DNA from: Eledone cirrhosa
Taxonomy: Eukaryota
NCBI GenBank assembly: GCA_964016885.1
Contig: OZ024745.1
Coordinates: forward strand, 64,666,001-64,730,000
Direction of reading: 5' to 3'
Length of the DNA stretch: 64,000 nt
Shown: positions 14,501-28,600 of the stretch, one piece after another
Position numbering within the stretch: position 1 is the first letter of the stretch
Layout of the letters: each line of letters opens with the position of its first letter
Notes under the pieces: generated by a model
Seen by the model: the letters and a program-made list of their open reading frames with translations, nothing else
What the model was told of the DNA's origin: nothing
Databases searched by the model: none
Made by a program: the position numbers and the translations under genes

Positions 14501-17099
14501 ATTTGGGTGGTCCATTTTTTATTTGGGTGATCCATTTTTTAATTGGGGGATCCATTTTTTATTTGGGTGATCCATTTTTTATTTGGGGATCCATTTTTTA
14601 TTTGGGTGATCCATTTTTTATTTGGGTGATCCATTTTTTATTTGGGGGATCCATTTTTTATTTGGGTGATCCATTTTTTATTTGGGGGGTCCATTTTTTA
14701 TTTGGGGGATCCATTTTTATTTGGGTGATCCATTTTTTATTTGGGGGATCCATTTTTTATTTGGGTGATCCATTTTTTATTTGGGTTGATCCCTTTTTTA
14801 TTTGGGGGATCCATTTTTTATTTGGGTGATCCATTTTTTATTTGGGGGATCCATTTTTTATTTGGGGGATCCATTTTTTATTTGGGTGATCCATTTTTTA
14901 TTAGGGGGATTCATTTTTATTTGGGTGATCCATTTTTATTTGGAGATCCATTTTTTATTTAGGTGATCCATTTTATAATTGGGTGATCCATTTTTTATTT
15001 GGGGGATCCATTTTTTATTTGGGGGATCCATTATTTATTTGGGTGATCCATTTTTTATTTGGGTGATCCATTTTTTATTTGGGTGATCCATTTTTTATTT
15101 GGGTGATCCATTTTTTATTTGGGTGATCCATTTTTTATTTGGGGGATCCATTTTTTATTTGGGTGATCCATTTTTTATTTGGGTGATCCATTTTTTATTT
15201 GAGGGATCCATTTTATATTTGGGTGATCCATTTTTTATTTGGGTGATCCATTTTTTATTTGGGGGATCCATTTTTTATTTGGGTGATCCATTTTTTATTT
15301 GGGTGATCCATTTTTTATTTGGGGGTTCCATTTTTTATTTGGGTGATCCATTTTTTATTTGCGGGATCCATTTTTTATTTCGGGGATCCATTTTTTATTT
15401 GGGTGATTCATTTTTTATTTGGGGGATCCATTTTTTATTTGGGTGATCCATTTTTTATTTGGGGTATCCATTTTTCATTTGGGTGATCCATTTTTTATTT
15501 GGGTGATCCATTTTTTATTTGGGGGATCCATTTTTTATTTGGGTGATCCATTTTTTATTTGGGTGATCCAATTTTTATTTGGGTGATCCATTTTTTATTT
15601 GGGGGATCCATTTTTTATTTGGGTGATCCATTTTTTATTAGGGGGATCCATTTTTTATTTGGGTGATCCATTTTTATTTGTAGATCCATTTTTTATTTGG
15701 GTGATCCATTTTTTATTTGGGTGATCCATTTTTTAATTGGGGGATCCATTTTTTATTTAGTTGATCCATTTTTTAATTGGGTGATCCATTTTTTATTTGG
15801 GGGATCCATTTTTTATTTGGGTGATCCATTTTTTATTTGGGGGATCCATTTTTTATTTGGGTGATCCATTTTTTATTTGGGGGAACCATTTTTTATTTGG
15901 GTGATCCATCTTTTATTTGGGGGCTCCATTTTTTATTTCGGGGATCCATTTTTTATTTGGGTGATTCATTTTTTATTTGGGGGATCCATTTTTTATTTGG
16001 GGGATCCATTTTTTATTTGGTTGATCCATTTTTTATTTGGGTGATCCATTTTTTATTTGGGGGATCCATTTTTTATTTGGGTGATCCATTTTTTATTTGG
16101 GTGATCCACTTTTTACTTGGGGTATCCATTTTTTATTTCGGTGATCCATTTTTTATTTTGCTGATTCATTTTTTATTTGGGTGATCCATTTTTTATTTGG
16201 GGGATCCATTTTTTATTTGGGGATCCATTTTTTATTTGGGTGATCCATTTTTTATTTGGGTGATCCATTTTTTATTTGGGGGATCCATTTTTTATTTGGG
16301 TGATCCATTTTTTATTTTGCTGATTCATTTTTTATTTGGGTGATCCATTTTTTATTTGGGGGATCCATTTTTTATTTGGGTGATCCATTTTTTATTTGGG
16401 GGATCCATTTTTTATTTGGGTGATCCATTTTTTATTTGGGTGATCCATTTTTTATTTGGGGGATCCATTTTTTATTTGGGGGATACATTTTTTATTTGGG
16501 TGATCCATTTTTATTTGGAGATCCATTTTGTATTTGGGTGATCCATTTTTTAATTGGGTGATCCATTTTTTATTTGGGTGATCCATTTTTTATTTGGGGG
16601 ATCCATTTTTTATTTGGGTGATCCATTTTTTATTTGGGGGATCCATTTTTTATTTGGGTGATCCATTTTTTATTTGGGTGATCCATTTTTTATTTGGGGG
16701 ATCCATTTTTTATTTGGGTGATATATTTTTTATTTGGGTGATCCATTTTTTATTTGGGGGATCCATTTTTTATTTGGGGGATCCATTTTTTATTTGGGTG
16801 ATCCATTTTTATTTGGAGATCCATTTTGTATTTGGGTGATCCATTTTTTAATTGGGTGATCCATTTTTTATTTGGGTGATCCATTTTTTATTTGGGTGAT
16901 CCATTTTTTATTTGGGGGATCCATTTTTTATTTGGGTGATCCATTTTTTAATTGGGTGATCCATTTTTTATTTGGGGGATCCATTTTTTATTTGGGTGAT
17001 CCATTTTTTATTTGGGTGGTCCATTTTTTATTTGGGTGATCCATTTTTTATTTGGGGGATCCATTTTTTATTTGGGTGATCCATTTTTTATTTGGGGAT

Positions 17100-17950
17100 C
17101 CATTTTTTATTTGGGTGATCCATTTTTTATTTGGGTGATCCATTTTTTATTTGGGTGATCCATTTTTTATTTGGGTGGTCCATTTTTTATTTGGGTGATC
17201 CATTTTTTATTTGGGGGATCCATTTTTTATTTGGGTGATCCATTTTTTATTTGGGGATCCATTTTTTATTTGGGTGATCCATTTTTTATTTGGGTGATCC
17301 ATTTTTTATTTGGGAGATACATTTTTTATTTGGGTGATCCATTTTTTATTTGGGGGGTCCATTTTTTATTTGGGGGATACATTTTTTATTTGGGGGATCC
17401 ATTTTTTATTTGGGGGATCCATTTTTTATTTGGGTGATCCATTCTTTATTTGGGGGATCCATTTTTTATATGGGGGATCCATTTTTTATTTGGGTGATCC
17501 ATTTTTTATTTGGGTGATCCATTTTTTATTTGGGGGGATCCATTTTTTATTTGGGTGATCCATTTTTTATTTGGGTGATCCATTTTTTATTTGGGTGATC
17601 CATTTTTTATTTGGGTGGTCCATTTTTTATTTGGGTGATCCATTTTTTATTTGGGGGATCCATTTTTTATTTGGGTGATCCATTTTTTATTTGGGGATCC
17701 ATTTTTTATTTGGGTGATCCATTTTTTATTTGGGTGATCCATTTTTTATTTGGGGGGTCCATTTTTTATTTGGGGGATACATTTTTTATTTGGGGGATCC
17801 ATTTTTTATTTGGGGGATCCATTTTTTATTTGGGTGATCCATTCTTTATTTGGGGGATCCATTTTTTATTTGGGGGATCCATTTTTTATTTGGGTGATCC
17901 ATTTTTTATTTGGGTGATCCATTTTTTATTTGGGGGGATCCATTTTTAAT
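17100..17950 (+). repeat. Imperfect tandem duplication of a ~400-440-bp unit; a related doublet lies at ~26900-27790
   Basis: ORF pairs 17171/17611 and 26964/27404 (offset 440). Markers GGTGGTCC, GATAC, CATTCTTT and a G6 run are repeated. Confidence 0.75.
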
Positions 17951-19659
17951 TTGGGTGATCCATTTTTTATTTGGGGGATCCATTTTTTATTTGGGTGATC
18001 CATTTTTTATTTGGGGGATCCATTTTTTATTTGGGTGATCCATTTTTTATTTGGGTGATCCATTTTTTAATTGGGTGATCCATTTTTTATTTGGGGGATC
18101 CATTTTTTATTTGGGTGATCCATTTTTTATTTGGGTGGTCCATTTTTTATTTGGGTGATCCATTTTTTATTTGGGGGATCTATTTTTTATTTGGGTGATC
18201 CATTTTTTATTTGGGGATCCATTTTTTATTTGGGTGATCCATTTTTTATTTGGGTGATCCATTTTTTATTTGGGGGATCCATTTTTTATTTGGGTGATCC
18301 ATTTTTTATTTTGCTGATTCATTTTTTATTTGGGTGATCCATTTTTTATTTGGGGGATCCATTTTTTATTTGGGTGATCCATTTTTTATTTGGGGGATCC
18401 ATTTTTTATTTGGGTGATCCATTTTTTATTTGGGTGATCCATTTTTTATTTGGGGGATCCATTTTTTATTTGGGGGATACATTTTTTATTTGGGTGATCC
18501 ATTTTTATTTGGAGATCCATTTTGTATTTGGGTGATCCATTTTTTAATTGGGTGATCCATTTTTTATTTGGGTGATCCATTTTTTATTTGGGGGATCCAT
18601 TTTTTATTTGGGTGATCCATTTTTTATTTGGGTGGTCCATTTTTTATTTGGGTGATCCATTTTTTATTTGGGTGATCCATTTTTTATTTGGGGGATCCAT
18701 TTTTATTTGGGTGATCCATTTTTTATTTGGGTGATCCATTTTTTATTTGGGGGATCCATTTTTTATTTGGGGGATCCATTTTTTATTTTGGGTGATGCAT
18801 TTTTTATTAGGGGGATCCATTTTTTATTTGGGTGATCCATTTTTATTTGTAGATCCATTTTTTATTTGGGTGATCCATTTTTTATTTGGGTGATCCATTT
18901 TTTAATTGGGGGATCCATTTTTTATTTAGTTGATCCATTTTTTAATTGGGTGATCCATTTTTTATTTGGGGGATCCATTTTTTATTTGGGGGATCCATTT
19001 TTTATTTGGGGGATCCATTGTTTATTTGGGTGATCCATTTTTTATTTGGGTGATCCATTTTTTAATTGGGTGATCCATTTTTTATTTGGGGGATACATTT
19101 TTTATTTGGGTGATCCATTTTTTATTTGGGTGGTCCATTTTTTATTTGGGTGATCCATTTTTTATTTGGGGGATCCATTTTTTATTTGGGTGATCCATTT
19201 TTTAATTGGGTGATCCATTTTTTATTTGGGGGATCCATTTTTTATTTGGGTGATCCATTTTTTATTTGGGTGGTCCATTTTTTATTTGGGTGAGCCATTT
19301 TTTATTTGGGGGATCCATTTTTTATTTGGGTGATCCATTTTTTATTTGGGGATCCATTTTTTATTTGGGTGATCCATTTTTTATTTGGGTGATCCATTTT
19401 TTATTTGGGTGATCCATTTTTTACTTGGGGGATCCATTTTTTATTTGGGTGATCCATTTTTTATTTTGCTGATTCATTTTTTATTTGAGTGATCCATTTT
19501 TTATTTGGGGGATCCATTTTTTATTTGGGTGGTCCATTTTTTATTTGGGGGATCCATTTTTTATTTGGGTGATCCATTTTTTATTTGGGTGATCCATTTT
19601 TTATTTGGGGGATCCATTTTTTATTTGGGTGATCCATTTTTTATTTGGGTGATCCATTT

Positions 19660-22600
19660 TTTATTTGGGGGATCCATTTTTTATTTGGGGGATCCATTTT
19701 TTATTTGGGTGATCCATTCTTTATTTGGGGGATCCATTTTTTATATGGGGGATCCATTTTTTATTTGGGTGATCCATTTTTTATTTGGGTGATCCATTTT
19801 TTATTTGGGGGGATCCATTTTTTATTTGGGTGATCCATTTTTTATTTGGGTGATCCATTTTTTATTTGGGTGATCCATTTTTTATTTGGGTGGTCCATTT
19901 TTTATTTGGGTGATCCATTTTTTATTTGGGGGATCCATTTTTTATTTGGGTGATCCATTTTTTATTTGGGGATCCATTTTTTATTTGGGTGATCCATTTT
20001 TTATTTGGGTGATCCATTTTTTATTTGGGGGATACATTTTTTATTTGGGTGATCCATTTATTATTTGGGGGCTCCATTTTTTATTTGGGGGATACATTTT
20101 TTATTTGGGGGATCCATTTTTTATTTGGGGGATCCATTTTTTATTTGGGTGATCCATTCTTTATTTGGGGGATCCATTTTTTATTTGGGGGATCCATTTT
20201 TTATTTGGGTGATCCATTTTTTATTTGGGTGATCCATTTTTTATTTGGGGGGATCCATTTTTAATTTGGGTGATCCATTTTTTATTTGGGGGATCCATTT
20301 TTTATTTGGGTGATCCATTTTTTATTTGGGGGATCCATTTTTTATTTGGGTGATCCATTTTTTATTTGGGTGATCCATTTTTTAATTGGGTGATCCATTT
20401 TTTATTTGGGGGATCCATTTTTTATTTGGGTGATCCATTTTTTATTTGGGTGGTCCATTTTTTATTTGGGTGATCCATTTTTTATTTGGGGGATCCATTT
20501 TTTATTTGGGTGATCCATTTTTTATTTGGGGATCCATTTTTTATTTGGGTGATCCATTTTTTATTTGGGTGATCCATTTTTTATTTGGGGGATCCATTTT
20601 TTATTTGGGTGATACATTTTTAATTTGGGGGTCCATTTTTTATTTGGGGGATCCATTTTTATTTGGGTGATCCATTTTTTATTTGGGTTGATCCCTTTTT
20701 TATTTGGGGGATTCATTTTTTATTTGGGTGATCCATTTTTTATTTGGGGGATCCATTTTTTATTTGGGGGATCCATTTTTTATTTGGTTGATCCATTTTT
20801 TATTAGGGGGATCCATTTTTTATTTGGGTGATCCATTTTAATTTGGAGATCCATTTTTTGTTTAGGTGATCCATTTTATAATTGGGTGATCCATTTTTTA
20901 TTTGGGGGATCCATTTTTTATTTGGGGGATCCATTATTTATTTGGGTGATCCATTTTTTATTTGGGTGATCCATTTTTTATTTGGGTGATCCATTTTTTA
21001 TTTGGGTGATCCATTTTTTATTTGGGTGATCCATTTTTTATTTGGGTGATCCATTTTTATTTGGAGATCCATTTTCTATTTGGGTGATCCATTTTTTAAT
21101 TGGGTGATCCATTTTTTATTTGGGTGATCCATTTTTTATTTGGGGGATCCATTTTTTATTTGGGTGATCCATTTTTTATTTGGGTGGTCCATTTTTTATT
21201 TGGGTGATCCATTTTTTATTTGGGGGATCCATTTTTTATTTGGGTGATCCATTTTTTATTTGGGGATCCATTTTTTATTTGGGTGATCCATTTTTTATTT
21301 GGGTGATCCATTTTTTATTTGGGGGATACATTTTTTATTTGGGTGATCCATTTTTTATTTGGGGGGTCCATTTTTTATTTGGGGGATACATTTTTATTTG
21401 GGTGATCCATTTTTTATTTGGGGGATCCATTTTTTATTTGGGTGATCCCTTTTTTATTTGGGGGATCCATTTTTTATTTGGGTGATCCATTTTTTATTTG
21501 GGGGATCCAATTTTATTTGGGGGATCCATTTTTTATTTGGGTGATCCATTTTTTATTTGGGTGATCCATTTTTTATTTGAGGGATCCATTTTATATTTGG
21601 GTGATCCATTTTTTATTTGGGTGATCCATTTTTTATTAGGGGGATCCATTTTTTATTTGGGTGATCCATTTATATTTGGAGATCCATTTTTTATTTAGGT
21701 GGTCCATTTTATAATTGGGTGATCCATTTTTTATTTGGGGGATCCATTTTTTATTTGGGGGATCCATTATTTATTTGGGTGATCCATTTTTTATTTGGGT
21801 GATCCATTTTTTATTTGGGTGATCCATTTTTTATTTCGGTGATCCATTTTTTATTTGGGTGATCCATTTTTAATTTGGGGGATCCATTTTTTATTTGGGT
21901 GATCCATTTTTTATTTGGGTGATCCATTTTTTATTTGAGGGATCCATTTTATATTTGGGTGATCCATTTTTTATTTGGGTGATCCATTTTTTATTTGGGT
22001 GATCCATTTTTTATTTGGGGGATCTATTTTTTATTTGGGGGATCCATTTTTTATTTGGGTGATCCATTTTTTATTTGGGTGATCCATTTTTTATTTGGGG
22101 GATCCATTTTTTATTTGGGTGATCCGTTTTTTATTTGGGGGATCCATTTTTTATTTCGGGGATCCATTTTTTATTTGGGTGATTCATTTTTTATTTGGGG
22201 GATCCATTTTTTATTTGGGTGATCCATTTTTTTATTTGGGGGTGCATTTTTTATTTGGGTGATCCATTTTTTATTTGGGTGATCCATTTTTTATTTGGGG
22301 GATCCATTTTTTATTTGGGTCATCCATTTTTTATTTGGGGGATCCATTTTTTATTTGGGGGATCCATTTTTTATTTTGTGTGATCCATTTTTTATTAGGG
22401 GGATCCATTTTTTATTTGGGTGATCCATTTTTATTTGTAGATCCATTTTTTATTTGGGTGATCCATTTTTTAATTGGATGATCCATTTTTTATTTGGGGG
22501 ATCCATTTTTTGTTTGGGGGATCCATTATTTATTTGGGTGATCCATTTTTTATTTGGGTGATCCATTTTTTATTTGGGGGATCCATTTTTTATTTGGGTG

Positions 22601-25600
22601 ATCCATTTTTTATTTGGGTGATCCATTTTTTAATTGGGGGATCCATTTTTTATTTAGTTGATCCATTTTTTAATTGGGTGATCCATTTTTTATTTGGGGG
22701 ATCCATTTTTTATTTGGGGGATCCATTTTTTATTTGGGGGATCCATTGTTTATTTGGGTGATCCATTTTTTATTTGGGTGATCCATTTTTTATTTGGGGG
22801 ATCCATTTTTTATTTGGGGGATCCATTTTTTATTTGGGTGATCCATTTTTTATTTGGGTGATCCATTTTTTTTATTTGGGGGTCCATTTTTTATTTGGGT
22901 GATCCATTTTTTATTTGGGTGATCCATTTTTTATTTGGGGGATCCATTTTTTATTTGGGTCATCCATTTTTTATTTGGGGGATCCATTTTTTATTTGGGG
23001 GATCCATTTTTTATTTTGTGTGATCCATTTTTTATTAGGGGGATCCATTTTTTATTTGGGTGATCCATTTTTATTTGTAGATCCATTTTTTATTTGGGTG
23101 ATCCATTTTTTAATTGGATGATCCATTTTTTATTTGGGGGATCCATTTTTTGTTTGGGGGATCCATTATTTATTTGGGTGATCCATTTTTTATTTGGGTG
23201 ATCCATTTTTTATTTGGGGGATCCATTTTTTATTTGGGTGATCCATTTTTTATTTGGGTGATCCATTTTTTAATTGGGGGATCCATTTTTTATTTAGTTG
23301 ATCCATTTTTTAATTGGGTGATCCATTTTTTATTTGGGGGATCCATTTTTTATTTGGGGGATCCATTTTTTATTTGGGGGATCCATTGTTTATTTGGGTG
23401 ATCCATTTTTTATTTGGGTGATCCATTTTTTATTTGGGGGATCCATTTTTTATTTGGGGGATCCATTTTTTATTTGGGTGATCCATTTTTTATTTGGGTG
23501 ATCCATTTTTTATTTGGGTGATCCATTTTTTATTTGGGGGATCCATTTTTTATTTGGGTGATCCATTTTTTATTTGGGTGATACATTTTTTATTTGGGGG
23601 ATCCATTTTTTATTTGGGTGATCCATTTTTTATTTGGGGGATCCATTTTTTATTTGGGGGATCCATTTTTTATTTGGGTGATCCATTTTTTATTTGGGTG
23701 ATCCATTTTTTATTTGGGGGGATCCATTTTTAATTTGGGTGATCCATTTTTTATTTGGGGGATCCATTTTTTATTTGGGTGATCCATTTTTTATTTGGGG
23801 GATTCATTTTTTATTTGGGTGATCCATTTTTTTATTTGGGTGATCCATTTTTTAATTGGGTGATCCATTTTTTATTTGGGGGATCCATTTTTTATTTGGG
23901 TGATCCATTTTTTATTTGGATGGTCCATTTTTTATTTGGGTGATCCATAGTTTATTTGGGGGATCCATTTTTTATTTGGGTGATCCATTTTTTATTTGGG
24001 GATCCATTTTTTATTTGGGTGATCCATTTTTTATTTGGGTGATCCATTTTTTATCTGGGGGATCCATTTTTTATTTGGGTGATCCATTTTTAATTTGGGG
24101 GTCCATTTTTTATTTGGGGGATCCATTTTTATTTGGGTGATCCATTTTTTATTTGGGGGATCCATTTTTTATTTGGGTGATCCATTTTTTATTTGGGTTG
24201 ATCCCTTTTTTATTTGGGGGATCCATTTTTTATTTGGGTGATCCATTTTTTATTTGGGGGATCCATTTTTTATTTGGGGGATCCATTTTTTATTTGGTTG
24301 ATCCATTTTTTATTAGGGGGATCCATTTTTTATTTGGGTGATCCATTTTAATTTGGAGATCCATTTTTTGTTTAGGTGATCCATTTTATAATTGGGTGAT
24401 CCATTTTTTATTTGGGGGATCCATTTTTTATTTGGGGGATCCATTATTTATTTGGGTGATCCATTTTTTATTTGGGTGATCCATTTTTTATTTGGGTGAT
24501 CCATTTTTTATTTGGGTGATCCATTTTTTATTTGGGTGATCCATTTTTTATTTGGGGGATCCATTTTTTATTTGGGTGATCCATTTTTTATTTGGGTGAT
24601 CCATTTTTTATTTGAGGGATCCATTTTATATTTGGGTGATCCATTTTTTATTTGGGTGATCCATTTTTTATTTGGGGGATCCATTTTTTATTTGGGGGAT
24701 CCATTTTTTATTTGGGGGATCCATTTTTTATTTGGGGGATCCATTTTTTATTTCGGGGATCCATTTTTTATTTGGGTGATTCATTTTTTATTTGGGGGAT
24801 CCATTTTTTATTTGGGTGATCCATTTTTTTTATTTGTGGGTCCATTTTTTATTTGGGTGATCCATTTTTTATTTGGATGATCCATTTTTTAATTGGGTGA
24901 TCCATTTTTATTTGGGTGATCCATTTTTTACTTGGGGGATCCATTTTTTATTTGGGTGATCCATTTTTTATTTTGCTGATTCATTTTTTATTTGGGTGAT
25001 CCATTTTTTATTTGGGGGATCCATTTTTTATTTGGGTGAACCATTTTTTATTTGGGAGATCCATTTTTTATTTGGGTGATCCATTTTTTATTTGGGTGAT
25101 CCATTTTTTATTTGGGGGATCCATTTTTTATTTGGGTGATCCATTTTTTATTTGGGTGATCCATTTTTTATTTGGGGGATCCATTTTTTATTTCGGGGAT
25201 CCATTTTTTATTTGGGTGATCCATTTTTATTTGGAGATCCATTTTGTATTTGGGTGATCCATTTTTTAATTGGGTGATCCATTTTTTATTTGGGTGACCC
25301 ATTTTTTATTTGGGGGATCCATTTTTTATTTGGGTGATCCATTTTTTATTTGGGGGATCCATTGTTTATTTGGGTGATCCATTTTTTATTTGGGGGATCC
25401 ATTTTGTATTTGGGTGATCCATTTTTTATTTGGGTGATCCATTTTTTATTTGGGTGTTCCATTTTTTATTTGTGGGATCCATTTTTTATTTGGGTGATCC
25501 ATTTTTTATTTGGGGGTCCTTTTTTTATTTGGGTGATCCATTTTTTATTTGGGTGATCCATTTTTTATTTGGGGGATCCATTTTTTATTTGGGTGATCCA

Positions 25601-28600
25601 TTTTTTATTTGGGTGATCCATTTTTTATTTGGGGGATCCATTTTTTATTTGGGTGATCCATTTTTTATTTGGGGGATCCATTTTTTATTTGGGGGATCCA
25701 TTTTTTATTTGGGTGATCCATTTTTTATATGGGTGATCCATTTTTTATTTGGGGGGATCCATTTTTAATTTGGGTGATCCATTTTTTATTTGGGGGATCC
25801 ATTTTTTATTTGGGTGATCCATTTTTTATTTGGGGGATCCATTTTTTATTTGGGTGATCCATTTTTTATTTGGGTGATCAATTTTTTAATTGGGTGATCC
25901 ATTTTTTATTTGGGGGATCCATTTTTTATTTGGGTGATCCATTTTTTAGTTGGGTGGTCCATTTTTTATTTGGGTGATCCATTTTTTATTTGGGGGATCC
26001 ATTTTTTATTTGGGTGATCCATTTTTTATTTGGGGATCCATTTTTTATTTGGGTGATCCATTTTTTATTTGGGTGATCCATTTTTTATTTGGGGGATCCA
26101 TTTTTTATTTGGGTGATCCATTTTTTATTTGGGGATCCATTTTTTATTTGGGTGATCCATTTTTTATTTGGGTGATCCATTTTTTATTTGGGGGATCCAT
26201 TTTTTATTTGGGTGATCCATTTTTTATTTGGGGGTCCATTTTTTATTTGGGGGATCCATTTTTATTTGGGTGATCCATTTTTTATTTGGGGGATCCATTT
26301 TTTATTTGGGTGATCCATTTTTTATTTGGGTTGATCCCTTTTTTATTTGGGGGATCCATTTTTTATTTGGGTGATCCATTTTTTATTTGGGGGATCCATT
26401 TTTTATTTGGGGGATCCATTTTTTATTTGGTTGATCCATTTTTTATTAGGGGGATCCATTTTTTATTTGGGTGATCCATTTTAATTTGGAGATCCATTTT
26501 TTGTTTAGGTGATCCATTTTATAATTGGGTGATCCATTCTTTATTTGGGGGATCCATTTTTTATTTGGGGGATCCATTTTTTATTTGGGTGATCCATTTT
26601 TTATTTGGGGGATCCATTTTTTATTTGGGTGATCCATTTTTTATTTGGGGGATCCATTTTTTATTTGGGTGATCCATTTTTTATTTGGGTGATCAATTTT
26701 TTAATTGGGTGATCCATTTTTTATTTGGGGGATCCATTTTTTATTTGGGTGATCCATTTTTTAGTTGGGTGGTCCATTTTTTATTTGGGTGATCCATTTT
26801 TTATTTGGGGGATCCATTTTTTATTTGGGTGATCCATTTTTTATTTGGGGGATCCATTTTTTATTTGGGTGATCCATTTTTTATTTGGGGATCCATTTTT
26901 TATTTGGGTGATCCATTTTTTATTTGGGTGATCCATTTTTTATTTGGGTGATCCATTTTTTATTTGGGTGGTCCATTTTTTATTTGGGTGATCCATTTTT
27001 TATTTGGGGGATCCATTTTTTATTTGGGTGATCCATTTTTTATTTGGGGATCCATTTTTTATTTGGGTGATCCATTTTTTATTTGGGTGATCCATTTTTT
27101 ATTTGGGGGATACATTTTTTATTTGGGTGATCCATTTTTTATTTGGGGGGTCCATTTTTTATTTGGGGGATACATTTTTTATTTGGGGGATCCACTTTTT
27201 ATTTGGGGGATCCATTTTTTATTTGGGTGATCCATTCTTTATTTGGGGGATCCATTTTTTATATGGGGGATCCATTTTTTATTTGGGTGATCCATTTTTT
27301 ATTTGGGTGATCCATTTTTTATTTGGGGGGATCCATTTTTTATTTGGGTGATCCATTTTTTATTTGGGTGATCCATTTTTTATTTGGGTGATCCATTTTT
27401 TATTTGGGTGGTCCATTTTTTATTTGGGTGATCCATTTTTTATTTCGGGGATCCATTTTTTATTTGGGTGATCCATTTTTTATTTGGGGATCCATTTTTT
27501 ATTTGGGTGATCCATTTTTTATTTGGGTGATCCATTTTTTATTTGGGGGATACATTTTTTATTTGGGTGATCCATTTTTTATTTGGGGGGTCCATTTTTT
27601 ATTTGGGGGATACATTTTTTATTTGGGGGATCCATTTTTTATTTGGGGGATCCATTTTTTATTTGGGTGATCCATTCTTTATTTGGGGGATCCATTTTTT
27701 ATTTGGGGGATCCATTTTTTATTTGGGTGATCCATTTTTTATTTGGGTGATCCATTTTTTATTTGGGGGGATCCATTTTTAATTTGGGTGATCCATTTTT
27801 TATTTGGGGGATCCATTTTTTATTTGGGTGATCCATTTTTTATTTGGGGGATCCATTTTTTATTTGGGTGATCCATTTTTTATTTGGGTGATCCATTTTT
27901 TAATTGGGTGATCCATTTTTTATTTGGGGGATCCATTTTTTATTTGGGTGATCCATTTTTTATTTGGGTGGTCCATTTTTTATTTGGGTGATCCATTTTT
28001 TATTTGGGGGATCCATTTTTTATTTGGGTGATCCATTTTTTATTTGGGGATCCATTTTTTATTTGGGTGATCCATTTTTTATTTGGGTGATCCATTTTTT
28101 ATTTGGGGGATCCATTTTTTATTTGGGTGATACATTTTTAATTTGGGGGTCCATTTTTTATTTGGGGGATCCATTTTTATTTGGGTGATCCATTTTTTAT
28201 TTGGGGGATCCATTTTTTATTTGGGTGATCCATTTTTTATTTGGGTTGATCCCTTTTTTATTTGGGGGATTCATTTTTTATTTGGGTGATCCATTTTTTA
28301 TTTGGGGGATCCATTTTTTATTTGGGGGATCCATTTTTTATTTGGTTGATCCATTTTTTATTAGGGGGATCCATTTTTTATTTGGGTGATCCATTTTAAT
28401 TTGGAGATCCATTTTTTGTTTAGGTGATCCATTTTATAATTGGGTGATCCATTTTTTATTTGGGGGATCCATTTTTTATTTGGGGGATCCATTATTTATT
28501 TGGGTGATCCATTTTTTATTTGGGTGATCCATTTTTTATTTGGGTGATCCATTTTTTATTTGGGTGATCCATTTTTTATTTGGGTGATCCATTTTTTATT

